DNA of 63,254 nucleotides, the filler included, from Pelomyxa schiedti (lineage: Eukaryota > Protista > Evosea), in NCBI GenBank assembly GCA_020536535.1. It is 8 parts of 8 records of this genome, joined end to end, with 100 filler letters (N's around TTAATTAATTAA, not from the genome) between each part and the next. Parts side by side here need not be neighbours in the genome. Positions count along the whole stretch, not along the records: positions 24,539 to 51,677 come from JAHLWZ010001034.1; positions 51,778 to 53,160 come from JAHLWZ010002551.1; positions 53,261 to 57,473 come from JAHLWZ010001622.1; positions 57,574 to 59,667 come from JAHLWZ010002141.1; positions 59,768 to 61,785 come from JAHLWZ010002172.1; positions 61,886 to 63,254 come from JAHLWZ010002563.1; 2 more parts are not named here. One strand, given 5' to 3'. The notes under the pieces were generated by a model. It did no database searches. It was not told the origin of the DNA and saw only the letters and a program-made list of their open reading frames with translations. The translations under genes and the position numbers were made by a program. Below are positions 50,950-62,269 of this stretch, in pieces (the first letter of the stretch is position 1; every line of letters begins with the position of its first letter).

Positions 50950-51677
50950 ACTGTGCACAAGGCACACTCGCGAGACTCGAGACTGGACACTCAGAGGCTG
51001 AGTCATCCCTTACCAAGTTCGGAAATCAAGTTCACAGAAAGATCATCGAGATACCCAAGACCTTTCCTTTGACTTTGGAACAAAGCAGCCATTTGGTTCA
51101 TCAAGCATTCCCAGGAGTTTTGGGCATCAGAAGATGACAGCCTACCTTTGCAACATGTCTGTTTCAGGTGTTTGTGCCACTTGACCAAGCTCTTGTTTCA
51201 AAATACTAGGAGGACCATACAGCACAGCATCCCACCAAGAATGCTCACACCAATAGTGTATAGTTGGGTTAAGTTGGTTCCCAAACAGTGCACATAAAGC
51301 CAACATCTTCTCCCTTGCTTCTTCCCATTGAGAATGAACCTCAGGAGTCAATTTCTCACAGTGTAACCAGTCATATGCAAACTGCAGTACACTTAAAAGA
51401 GAGGTTAAAATCTCCTTGACCTCTGTCACATTTGGCTTCCATGACAAGGGGAAACATTGCTCCAGCTCCACTTCCACCTTTGCATTTTTGATAAAACAAA
51501 TATCAGTGAGATACTGGCCATCAATCAGCTTTTTTGCTTTATTGGCCTGAAATTCACAACCATCTTTGAAGCAAATGGGCTTGTCTTGGATGTTGATGTG
51601 TTTCCTAGAGGCATTTGGAGCAGCACAGTCAGAACACAAAGGAACTGCTTGCATCCAGTCCACACAACAACAAGTTC
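50950..51677 (-). mobile_element. Decayed DDE transposase C-terminal fragment (Transib/RAG1/Chapaev-like)
   Basis: LFGNQLNPTIHYWCEH...YGPPSILKQE/xVKWHKHLK resembles the H-x4-H...G...E-x2-E-x2-(H/N)K catalytic segment. Frameshift near 51190. Truncated by a linker. Confidence 0.45.
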
Positions 51678-51777
51678 NNNNNNNNNNNNNNNNNNNNNNN
51701 NNNNNNNNNNNNNNNNNNNNNTTAATTAATTAANNNNNNNNNNNNNNNNNNNNNNNNNNNNNNNNNNNNNNNNNNNN

Positions 51778-52260
51778 CCCAACAAGCTCCTCACACACAG
51801 TGTCATCATCACCATTCCTGTCACCAGTCCTCATCATCACCAGCCTGAGGTTTGGCCTCACAAACGACCTCACACGCATTGTCATGCTTACTCTCTCACA
51901 CGCAGCAAGGCACGCCCTCGAGCACAGCGCAAAGTTGATCACACAGTTGGTCCTGCCAATTGACAGGGGATTATTATTATTATTATAACCACCTAATGCT
52001 GCTGTTGTTGAGGGAGTTGTTGATGACACTGATGTTGATGTTGGCGTCGTTGCGGCGGCATGATTACCTGATGATCCATGAAGGAACGGAGGGCAAAATA
52101 AAAAGGCCACGATGAGTTCCATCACTGGGGGAGGGACCATTTGGTCCAGGGAGGTTGACGGCAACAACGACGACACGGAGGGAGGAGGGGGGCTGCGGAT
52201 GACGTCACGGCCAGTTGGTTGAGATGATGTCACTGTGGTTTCGCGTCGACGTCGCTTCAT
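51778..52260 (-). CDS. 5' part of an F-box-like protein, truncated at the contig end
   Basis: SLDQMVPPPVMELIVAFL ... VINFALCSRACLAAC is an F-box pattern split by a low-complexity insert. Confidence 0.5.
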
Positions 52261-52426
52261 AGTGATAAGAAGTTTGTGATGTTTCTGGTAAGTTGAGACT
52301 CACCCGACGCAACAGTGGAAGCCTGTGTGCTTCTTCTGGCAGGCCAGGACCCTGCCCCGACCCATCTGTGGTCCCCGTGTCGCCGGCGCCTGTATGGGAA
52401 GGTGTTGTAGGAGAAGAAAAAAGTGA

Positions 52427-52516
52427 TGCTCCGGGTGGGGATCGAACCCACGACCTCAGCATGACTCAATACTGTTCTTATAAGTACCGCGCTCTAACCA
52501 ACTGAGCTACCAGAGC
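52427..52516 (-). tRNA. tRNA-Ile(UAU) with a 16-nt intron
   Basis: Acceptor stem GCTCTGG...CCGGAGC-A; D arm GCTC-AGTTGGTTA-GAGC; anticodon CT-TAT-A followed by intron AGAACAGTATTGAGTC; T arm GTGGG-TTCGATC-CCCAC. Confidence 0.93.
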
Positions 52517-52562
52517 ACTGATTCCAGTTCCGAAAGAATAAAGAAAATAATGACGGACCCAG

Positions 52563-52635
52563 TAAGCAGTGTCTTTTGCAAACGATACCCATCTGAGTAT
52601 CGTGAGATGCGTGGGTTCGAACCCCACTGCCTGCA
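52563..52635 (+). pseudogene. Orphan 3' portion of a tRNA-Leu-like gene
   Basis: Has a long variable arm (TATC-GTGA-GATG), a perfect T arm (GTGGG-TTCGAAC-CCCAC) and acceptor strand TGCCTGC-A. No D arm or 5' acceptor strand upstream. Confidence 0.65.
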
Positions 52636-52726
52636 AATAAAATCATTTTTTTTTTGTGTTTTTTACCCTTTTGCTAAAGGAGAGTGCTTGGTAAGGAAGT
52701 GGAAAGAGTGTTTCATTTAATGTCAA

Positions 52727-52798
52727 TCCGATGTGGTGTAGTTGGCAACATCTCTGACTTTCACTCAGTGGCCCCGGGTTCGATTCCCGGCATCGGAA
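52727..52798 (+). tRNA. tRNA-Glu(UUC)
   Basis: Acceptor stem TCCGATG/CATCGGA; anticodon CT-TTC-AC; T arm CCGGG-TTCGATT-CCCGG; oligo-T terminator follows. Confidence 0.95.
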
Positions 52799-52889
52799 CT
52801 TTTTTATTTTTGATTTGAAAACGTTATAGCCGAACATTGATCTGGGGAAACAGGGAGAAAGTTCTTCTTAACGAAAAAACCAAACAAAA

Positions 52890-53160
52890 ATGGGGGTTGG
52901 TGCTTCGGGCTCGGGGACAAGAGAACCAGTAACACCAATTGGTGGCACAGGCACGCAGGGAACGAGCGCCACCGCCCACATTGCTGCTGGTTTGTTATTT
53001 ATTTCAAAGACTGTTTACGTGTCTCGTTTTTTACCAGCCTGCACAGCGGGGCCACCACCACTCTTGCAAATTGTAATGGCGGGAGATGCACGCTGTGGAA
53101 AATGTACTACTTCTCTTGATTCGTTAGTTACAATATATATTAAATAATAAATTGTGGGTT
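52890..53160 (+). CDS. 5' end of a small GTPase-like gene with an N-myristoylation motif, truncated
   Basis: Starts MGVGAS (MGxxxS). QIVMAGDARCGK is a P-loop interrupted by a GT donor. The contig ends shortly after. Confidence 0.5.
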
Positions 53161-53260
53161 NNNNNNNNNNNNNNNNNNNNNNNNNNNNNNNNNNNNNNNN
53201 NNNNTTAATTAATTAANNNNNNNNNNNNNNNNNNNNNNNNNNNNNNNNNNNNNNNNNNNN

Positions 53261-54937
53261 GAGGGGGGCATCGGACCTGATGTCGATGAGGCGAGTGTGC
53301 AGGAGGCTGCATGACCTGATGGGAACGGTTCCGTTCTGGATCGAGATGTGCAGGCACAGGTACGGATTCTTCGAGGTGAGGGACGAGATGACACAGGAGG
53401 AGGTGGCTGCGTTGGAGGAGGAGAAGGCGGCGGAGAGGGAGAAGGCACAACTGGAGGCAAAAGCAATCGAAGAAGAGAAAGAGAGAAGGAAGGTGCTGAG
53501 GGAGAGACAGGAACTTCGTGCCAAAAGGAGAGAACTCCAAAGAAGGGCAGCGGCTGAGGAGCAAGCCAAAATAGAGAAACAAGCTGCTGCTGCTGCGGAA
53601 ATGACACAGAATCTTACAGTGACCGGAGAGCAAGAGTCACAACATTCTGTTGTTCCCACAGCCACAACAACCACAACAACTTCTCCTGAACCACCGAGAA
53701 TTGATCCCAATGACCCAGCGTTTCTTGATGCCCTTGTTCCCACAATCTCCGTTCCTGAACCACCTGAGCCTGATGATGATGACGAGGAGGAGGATGCGGC
53801 AGTCGACGCAGATGAATCTGCCATTCCCTCCAAAATTGAAGCGGTTGTTGCATATTCACACAGCAGGATCGTTCTGCCCACTGGTTTCAATGATGCCTCT
53901 TGGTGGGAGAAAATATTCTTCGATGTTTCACACATGTAAAATCCCTTCTCACTCTCATTCAACACACCTTTTCACTTTTCCCCTCTCCAAAAAAAAAAAA
54001 CAAACCAACGAACAGAGGATGTGACCACTGCAAAGCGTTTCCAATGGAAGTGTTCTTCAAGTGCCTCCACTGCAACGATGTTTATTTGTGTGAAAAATGT
54101 GAGTCCTTCCACCCGAGGTTTGTCTCTTCTTCTCTTCTCGTGGTAAATCTCCTCCTCCGCCAACGGGATTTTTGGCACAGGACACACCTCATGGCGAAAG
54201 TATCCACACCATTCCACTGGTCACAACCGAACATCACGCTTGCACCAGCACATGCAATTCACACCGGGATTTGCAGTGTTTGTGCCTCTTCCTTTGGTGA
54301 AGTCATTTATCAGGTTCCTTTCTTTCCCTCGTTCGCACTCTCCCAACATTGAGTGAGTCTCACTCTCTCATTCTCTCTCAGTGCTCCAAATGCGACAATT
54401 ACAAAATCTGTCCCAACTGTCACGAAGCAGGATCGGTGGAACATGAACACTCCAAATTCTGGGAGGTTGTTGTTCCTGACAATGAACTGTATGATGCAGA
54501 ACAACACGGAAACAATCCCCGGCGTGCCTCATGTGATGGGAAAGGTTCCAAATGCCTTGGGGAGTGCACTGGAATCAACTGGAAGTGCTTGGTGTGTGTG
54601 CACTCCACTTTGATCGTAAAGGTAACAACCCAAAAGGTGTGTGATGACTATGACTTGTGTGAGGCTTGTGAGAGGAGCCGCGAATTTTCTTGCCGTAGTT
54701 TCTGGGGAGCTGTGTGTAAATTCTCAAGAGAAAATTCTTGGTCACTTACCCCATGATTCACAGCGCAACGAGCATGACATGACACATCCTTTGTTGAAAG
54801 TTCTGGATTCCAAGTGTGTTGTTTCTTTCTCTCTCGTTGTGACTTGTTTTCCATTTCAGAGGTACACTCACTTCCCAAAAACGCACAGGTGGAACAGGAA
54901 CAAGTGGGTATTGTCTTGCAATGAGTACGACTTTTGA
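53261..54937 (+). CDS. F-box + coiled coil + three ZZ zinc fingers, multi-exon, 5'-truncated
   Basis: F-box tail ASDLMSMRRVCRRLHDL...FW; E/K/R-rich helix; ZZ units CDHC..CLHC..LCEKC..H, CSVC..CSKC..ICPNC..HEH and CD..C..CLVCDDYDLCEAC..H. Confidence 0.82.
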
Positions 54938-55147
54938 GCCACGTTGTCAAGCAGCTTGTCGGGACAAAGAGGGGGGGAGACTCCAAATTTGGACTCCAAA
55001 TTCTGGGAGGTTGTTGTTCCTTACAGTCCCGAACTTTTCTGAGACTTTCTCCAGAAAAAAAAGTTTTATGTCAGAGGGCGACGTAGTTCCACCTGTAGCA
55101 GCACATGGCGGATACCGGTTCATTCACTGTGAAGGGTAGTCTGATTA

Positions 55148-57062
55148 CTAATGAAGAACTTCCGTAGTCAACGGCATACATGAACCCGTCACAGCAACCA
55201 ATAACAACAGTATCTTCCACTCGGTTTGCGGGAGAAGAACCTGTTGCTGTAGAGGGTATTGACGACTTCTGAAGGAATCGGCCGTGATCAATCTTCCTTT
55301 TTCAAAAAATTCAGTCTTAAGGGGAATGGGAATGAATAATAAATACCGCACATATTGCTTCCGGTAAAGTGATGTTGAACAGTGGTGTACCTTGTCCGGT
55401 AACACCAATTAGAACCCGTCCTATGCTGCACAATATATAATGACCTACGCTTTTGGCACTGTCAACAATACTACAGCTGTGTAATGCCGCTATGGTTGAA
55501 TCCTGTCAGATTGAGCAAATCATGGCACAATAAAAATATAGTATTTGGTCTTGCATACCACCGGTTTTTCAAGTAGGGTAGAATACACATTAGATTTCCA
55601 TAAGACTTGGTGTTCATCCATTGCAGTAAGGCAACCTGTGCTATCTCCTGTGACCACACATGGCTGCCCAACTGAAAATACATTAGGACGAAACAAACAT
55701 GCTGAACGGAAGTACTAACAAGGCGGCCTGTGTATCACCATAGAGGTAACGGGACCACTGAGGGCGTAGTGTGCAATGATATTACTTTGCCAGAAGAAGG
55801 TCACTTGACCATCAGAGGTGCCAACAATGCAGTCTATCCAGGTCTCTTTTGCTGTAGTCGATTCACCAGTGCAGTCCGATTGTGTAGGATGGAACTGTGC
55901 AGCACTCCCAAGAGCAGTGACATTCGGAACAAGTTGTAAACATGTCACAGAACATGAAGTTTTCGTATCTAAGGTGCCCATAAGTTCCTGTATTGAATGT
56001 GAGAAAGTGCAAGTGTGTGAAAGATGAAGGGGAAAAAAAAAGAGACAAGCAAAACTGGATACACGGGCGTACGTGTGAGGGGGTTCCGCCGAACAGCATC
56101 ACATCGAACAGGAGCACCTTGCCCCCACAGGTTCCTACCCCCACAACCAGCCCCAGCCCCCCCACGCCCTCCCTGCTCCCCCCCCCCTTCGGCTGCCCCG
56201 CGGCCTCCCCCGCCCCCGCCCCCTCCGGTTCCCCCCCATCCCCCCCATTGCCCGTGTATTGCCCCGCTGGGGCTCCCCCCCCTCGCCCTCCGCCTTGCCC
56301 CTGCCCCTCACGGGGGGTATCACCACAGCGAGTCCCCGCACCTGCCGCGGGGGCACAAGAGCCATCCCCATCACCATCCCCATCCCCGTCCCCGTCCCCG
56401 TCCTCGTTCCCGTCGCCGGTCGCACCTGCTCCCCCTGCTCTGTGCTCATCGTGCTGCCCCTTACAGAACCACCGAAACGAAACTCCTGGTTGATGGAATG
56501 GTTTTTTTTTTTAGTTCCAAGAGACTGGGAATCAAGGGGGCGGGAAGAAGCCGTGTGACACAAAGTACTGGAAGCATGTGCGGATGTAATCACGCAGACT
56601 ATGGCTATGACGGGGGTGCGCAGAGTTGTGGTTGTTGTTGTTGCTGCTGTCAGCATTGTTTGGTTGTGTGGGTGCTGGTGGTAGTAGTATCTCGGAAGTA
56701 TCGGTGGATGTGGTGGTGGTGGTGGTGGTGCTTGTTGTGAATGTGGGGGGGAGCATGTGCCTGTGTTGCGTGAATGTGGTTAGAAGCAGTGGTTTGGCAG
56801 GGAACAGTGTGTTGTTGGTGGTGCTGTTGGTGTTGGTATCTTGTACTGCGGAATCCACCAGGCTGCTCCACTCGCCGAGTGTAACCGCGCGTATTGAATA
56901 TCCCATAGCTTGGTTCAGTACACCAACCGCGTTGGTCAGGGTGGTGGAGTAGGATGGGTTAACCATGTTGGTCACTTGTTTCTGTTGTGGATTGGTGTCG
57001 GTGCAGGTTCTGGAATTCCGGCTCCGGCGGGCCGATGATTCTACGGCAATTATGTGTGCCAC
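55148..57062 (-). CDS. Putative beta-propeller (WD40/FG-GAP-like) protein, multi-exon; 5' structure uncertain
   Basis: Blade-like segments VGVGTCGGKVLLFD, CIVGTSDGQVTFF and VVTGDSTGCLTAM. The 5' part is G-rich and low complexity. Confidence 0.5.
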
Positions 57063-57589
57063 TTCATCTATATATATTGGGAGTGTAAGTGCACCGGGTA
57101 AAATGAGGGGGATTCTTATTTTCTGAGAGTGGTAACATGCCTACGGGTATCCAGTGGATTGGAACTTCGGGATTCTGAAACGCTGCTTTGCATGCGATGC
57201 AAGCAAGTATGAGTAGGGTTGTGAAATCATTTGTATTTCCGTAACCGGTAACCATGTGCCCTGTCAAGGGGTTTGTAACTTCTAAGTTCCGGTTAGGAGA
57301 TAGGACCTGATATTGCACAAGGTCGGTACACATGCACACTAGGAACTTTTCTTGTCCTGAATGCTTCGAGCACTAATCTTTCAGCCACCGCTTTACTTTG
57401 AGCATAGCCGGTTTTTACATTCATCTCCAAGTCCGAAAGGAACTGCCAATTGTCATCCTGCTGTCTTCTCTCGNNNNNNNNNNNNNNNNNNNNNNNNNNN
57501 NNNNNNNNNNNNNNNNNTTAATTAATTAANNNNNNNNNNNNNNNNNNNNNNNNNNNNNNNNNNNNNNNNNNNNTAGCCTCCACCCACAG

Positions 57590-57970
57590 ATGAAAGCCCA
57601 AGTTTTAAGGGTTTTAAGTTCCAAAATGGGAGACACCAAATTGCCAGCAACTTCTTTACCAACTTCTGCCATTGAAACCCAACAGACAATTGCTTACATG
57701 ACTTCAGAGTGTGCATCACTGTTTCAGATTAAAGCCGCCAATGTAGAGCAAGTACGTGCTTGGCTCAGACCTCTTGGTGTCACTGAAAACTCCCTAAGTA
57801 TCATCACAACAAAACAGCTTCAGGGAAGCATACTTGTGAATTTCTCTGTGCAGCAGTTGTGTTGGAGATGCTGAGCACATTTCAGAACATGTTTTAGCTA
57901 ATCTTATGTTGGAACCTCATCAAGAGCAAGAAGTACAATCTGATGCCAGGGAAAAGGGCAGTCACTTGTG
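57590..57970 (+). CDS. Fragment with a SAM-domain-like segment
   Basis: NVEQVRAWLRPLGV...IITTKQLQGSILVNFSVQQL matches the SAM pattern. Lies at a contig edge and may be degenerate. Confidence 0.4.
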
Positions 57971-58204
57971 AGCATTTCCCTCACCTACCAGTCTCAAAGC
58001 CACAAAGTCACTTCAAGAAAAAACCCTACAATAAATCCCAGTCTTTCCACATTGAGTTATTTCCCCAAAAACCAATGCACAGGGTCATGAAACTTTTCTG
58101 ATTTCTCAGTGCCTCTTTATTCTAACACAGTGTTCTAGTCAACCATATCAGCATTAGTAGAAACATGGCCTGCAGGGTGCTGCCACCAGTGATGGTTGAA
58201 TCAG

Positions 58205-59022
58205 GTTGCGCATCATTGGTTTCCGTGCACCTTTCGTTACGCATCATTGGTTTTCATGCGCCTTTCATTGCGCCATCATTGGTTTTCATGCGCCTTTCGT
58301 TCGACATCCTTAGTTTGGTGTTGTGNNNNNNNNNNNNNNNNNNNNNNNNNNNNNNNNNNNNNNNNNNNNNNNNNNNNNNNNNNNNNNNNNNNNNNNNNNN
58401 NNNNNNNNNNNNNNNNNNNNNNNNNGGTTTTCATGCACCTTTCATTGCAACATCCTTGTTTTCTGTAAAAGTCACTTCACCTCATACCATTTAAATTTTA
58501 CTGTATTCTTTTTGTGATGTTGTTCCCACACCACCAAAACAGTGCTTCCATTTGTCTTATGATGATTTCATTGTGACATCCATTGGTTTCTGTGCACCCA
58601 CCCCTTTCTTTTGTTGCGCATCATTGGTTTCCGTGCACCTTTCGTTACGCATCATTGGTTTTCATGCGCCTTTCATTGCGCCATCATTGGTTTTCATGCG
58701 CCTTTCGTTCGACATCCTTAGTTTGGTGTTGTGCGGCATCGTGCACCCCAAAACTATGGATGTCACACAAAATTGCACGATGTTGCCAACAACAAACGGA
58801 GTTAATCGCGTTATGTGCACTACATTGCTGACAACAAACAGTGTTAATCACATTATGTGCACACCTTTTGTTACACACCAATGGTTTTCATGCACCTTTC
58901 ATTGCAACATCCTTGTTTTCTGTAAAAGTCACTTCACCTCATACCATTTAAATTTTACTGTATTCTTTTTGTGATGTTGTTCCCACACCACCAAAACAGT
59001 GCTGAAGCACTGTTTTGGTGGT
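58205..59022. repeat. Nested repeat: 31-32-nt subunits within a duplicated block of about 0.4-0.45 kb, ending in a 17-bp inverted repeat
   Basis: CATCATTGGTTT(TCA/CCG)TGC(G/A)CCTTTC units. 58205-58325 matches about 58613-58733, and 58426-58546 matches about 58883-59003. Hairpin at 58987-59022. Confidence 0.88.
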
Positions 59023-59767
59023 TGCCTTTGTTACAACCATGATTTACCTGACTTGGCTATGAATTGTAACCCCCAGGAAACACCTGGCTTGTGTGCTTTT
59101 GTGAGGATATGTAGTTTGTTGTGTGATGGCAAAGACTGAGTACCCAAAACAGTGCTTTTGCTGTTGTGGTGGTTACCCATGTTGGAATAAGAAATTGTGC
59201 TGCTCCCACTTTTACTGTGTCTTTGTGTTTGGGTAATCTTATTTGCCTGGTTTATGTATTACTAAAGGAAATAGATGATGGGGGACACTATGGCAGGTTG
59301 TAAAAAAAATGTTGCCCCTTTTTCAGAGGTTGTCCTTTCCATTCTCCATAAGAACCATCTGACATTATAAGTTCTTGGAAACAATGAGCAAGTTCCAAAT
59401 GCAATGTGCAGATACCTCCATCACACCCCACAAACCCAACAGGAAGGAGAGAAGAATTTCCAGCATCCTTCACACTCTGAATGACTACAAGCTGCCACAC
59501 ATTCTTCAATGGTTGCTTCCTTGAAGGTTCCCTCAGCTTTGTGTTGTGTATGCTTCTGTGTATGTTGTGTTTGAACTAATGTGGGGATACTCACTCAATA
59601 ACGGAAGACAGAAAGAGATGAATTCGATTGGAATAAAGGGTTCTATTGTTTGCCTTGTGTTTGTTGTNNNNNNNNNNNNNNNNNNNNNNNNNNNNNNNNN
59701 NNNNNNNNNNNTTAATTAATTAANNNNNNNNNNNNNNNNNNNNNNNNNNNNNNNNNNNNNNNNNNNN

Positions 59768-60398
59768 AATCCCTGGGCACATGAAAAACAAACACTCTCT
59801 CAAGATTTGATGGCAGTTGTGAATCTTTATTTTTGCCGCGCAACAGTCAGAGTGTAGAACAGCCTGGTTCTGATGAAGATGAAGGTCATCCAAATCGCCG
59901 CTCAAATTTACAACCACCAGTTTTCTAGATCGATGGTCATAATGCAACCACCACTTGTGATTGGCAGCGTGTACGATATCCGCGGGAGAGTTGCTCTCGC
60001 TCAGCAGCCACCTGCGCTTCTCAGTCGCCACGTCCAACAACGAGAAGCTCTGGCTTCGCCCAGCCATCTGCGTGACGACCAGGCGATTCGCGTCGACGGC
60101 AACGGGGCGCGGCTGGGTAAACCACAGGCACCAGCTCCCGCGCAACTTCACTTCCCTGGTCACGCTCATCAGCGTCGACGACACCCCGAATGTGTAGTAA
60201 CTCGCTGAACGATTCCCGGGGGTGAGAACAAGCAGGCCGAGGACGGACTCGGAGTCTGGGCCGAGGCACCAGTCCCACAATGGCGCGGTTGCGAGCGGGG
60301 GCAGGGAAACGAAGTGGCGGGCTGGGCTCGACGCACCGATTGTGGGATGCCATCACCAACGCAAGAAGTTGTTCTCGCGCACTTTCTGCAGCCAGCAT
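59768..60398 (-). pseudogene. Frameshifted, truncated member of the PRCG-SPAR family
   Basis: AREQLLALVMASHNRC..PSP is in one frame, and LWDWCL...FGVSSTLMSVT...AANHKWW continues in another. Confidence 0.55.
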
Positions 60399-60939
60399 CG
60401 TTTTCGGGTATTAGCATAAGGGTGATGATGAGCATCTGAAGCGCCGTACCTCCCGGGACAAAGTTTCGGCGAGAAAGAGGGAGGCTGCGATGGCGCTGGT
60501 GGATGCAATTATGGGACGCTCAGATGGAGCGAACGTGGCGCGTTTGTCCTGATTTGTTGTGTGCGACTCGAATGTCGATACGCGATTCTGGATTGATGTG
60601 AGAAAAAAAATAAATACTTGCTTTGTGTGTATTTCTATTGTGCAATGAATGGATTTTATTAATAATAATGGCCACACAGGGTGGGATGGACTGGGAGTTC
60701 CACAGTTGGTAATGTTACTTCTTCTGAGCACTCCTGACGTCTTCTGGACAATCCAAAACAGAGGCCATGCCAACCATAAGATCGAATAACCCACCAAGGC
60801 AAATCCTCCCCAACCATTTCATCCAATCATAAGTGAAAACCTCCGGCAACAAAAAAAAATAGATCATGAGATGTGCAAGAGACCTTTTCCTCTGCAACAC
60901 CAGGTTCTTTCTTTTTTCTTTTTCTTTTTCTGCAATTCG

Positions 60940-61320
60940 CCACATTTTTGAAAGCTGGTGATGCTTACAACATCATGGCATTCTCCGTGAAAAAAAGGCT
61001 TGTTATGTTTTTGCACCTTTCTCATTCTCACATCACTGAACAGAATTCCTGCTTGTTCCTGGAAAGAAATATTCCGTCATCAGCAGAAAGACCTCGCGGA
61101 ACCGCAATATTGCAAAATTGAGGTGATACAGGCCGATTCGCAGTGGACACGGATTTCCGTAATGAGTAAACTGGCCCCAGAACACCCATTCAAACTGCCA
61201 ATTGTCCACTTCAAAACGCCCATTATGCACCCGAACAACACAACCATCTGGCCCCAGATGATGCTGTGACAAATCGTGGACCGAGTTCTACTCATTTACT
61301 TCAACTTCTGATGAGTCCTC
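60940..61320 (+). pseudogene. Degenerate ubiquitin-conjugating enzyme (E2)-like remnant
   Basis: LAPEHPFKLPIVHFKTPIMHPN matches the E2 YPFxPPxVxFxTxIxHPN motif. The catalytic Cys segment is missing and a stop follows. Confidence 0.55.
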
Positions 61321-61665
61321 ACTACTTGTGGAGAATGCACGAATGATCTCATGGTGGATTGATGTGGGACCGGCAGATCTGTTCTAACACAGCCTTGTTG
61401 CTGATATCGTTGATCAAGCGCCCGTTTCATTTTCAGGTCGCTCAGCTGGGACACACCAGCTCATCCACACCCCCCAATAATCTCGACTTCCGCATGTGAA
61501 AGCACAAAACGCGTTTTTCGCAAAATTGAACTTTGAACAAAAAGACCACTTTTCCTGTACATCGGCAGCTGCACCACCGGTTGATTACAGTACTGGTTTC
61601 CAACCGCCCCTTAATTCAAAGTAATCTCTGCTGAATCCAAAAAATAAAAAGAAAGTAACCAACGA

Positions 61666-61752
61666 ATGGAAACGATACGAGCGACACGAGCACTGGGCGT
61701 GGATAACATCAACCCCCTTGTGAAGAATGTTCGCTACGCTGTGCGAGGCAAG
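61666..61752 (+). CDS. Exon 1 of alanine aminotransferase (rest lost at the contig end)
   Basis: METIRATRALGVDNINPLVKNVRYAVRGK followed by a GT donor. The NINPxV...YAVRG pattern is the AlaAT N-terminal signature. Confidence 0.8.
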
Positions 61753-62269
61753 GTTGGTTGTATTTGTGGTTTGGGAGTTGTGGGTNNNNNNNNNNNNNNN
61801 NNNNNNNNNNNNNNNNNNNNNNNNNNNNNTTAATTAATTAANNNNNNNNNNNNNNNNNNNNNNNNNNNNNNNNNNNNNNNNNNNNTTGAAACGAAATGAG
61901 AGTTTCATCCCCCAAAACCCACAAATGAGCAGGCATTTCTGAAAAGGAGTAAGCCAGACGAAGCCTGGTTTTCTGGCAAAAGCCTGACTGGGTTGGCAAG
62001 CGCTTAGTTTGTGAAAAATAAACTAGTTCTCAGCCACCATGCGAGTCCTGTCAACCCACCCAAATATATCTCTGGGGTTACATTCTGGCCTCGACGCCCA
62101 GTCGTAGTGTGTGACACAAACCACCCCTTAGGGTAATCCAGTCAAAATCAAATAAAAGTCTCCATCACACAAAAAAAAACCTTACAGGAAACCTTGTTTG
62201 ACATGACGTAGGTTCCATTTTCTCCAGATGCAGGTTGATCACGACTTGATCACAATTGTTCTGGCTGTT

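Noticed and set aside
54935-54937. TGA after C..DF as selenocysteine or readthrough
   Set aside because: Both paralogs stop here and their downstream sequences are not conserved in frame. No SECIS element was identified.
55993-56952. Long plus-strand Pro-rich and Val/Cys-rich ORFs, and similar antisense ORFs elsewhere
   Set aside because: They are shadow frames of GC-rich or low-complexity sequence opposite better-supported genes.
58205-58735. CRISPR array
   Set aside because: The units are head-to-tail with no unique spacers, there are no cas genes, and the context is eukaryotic.
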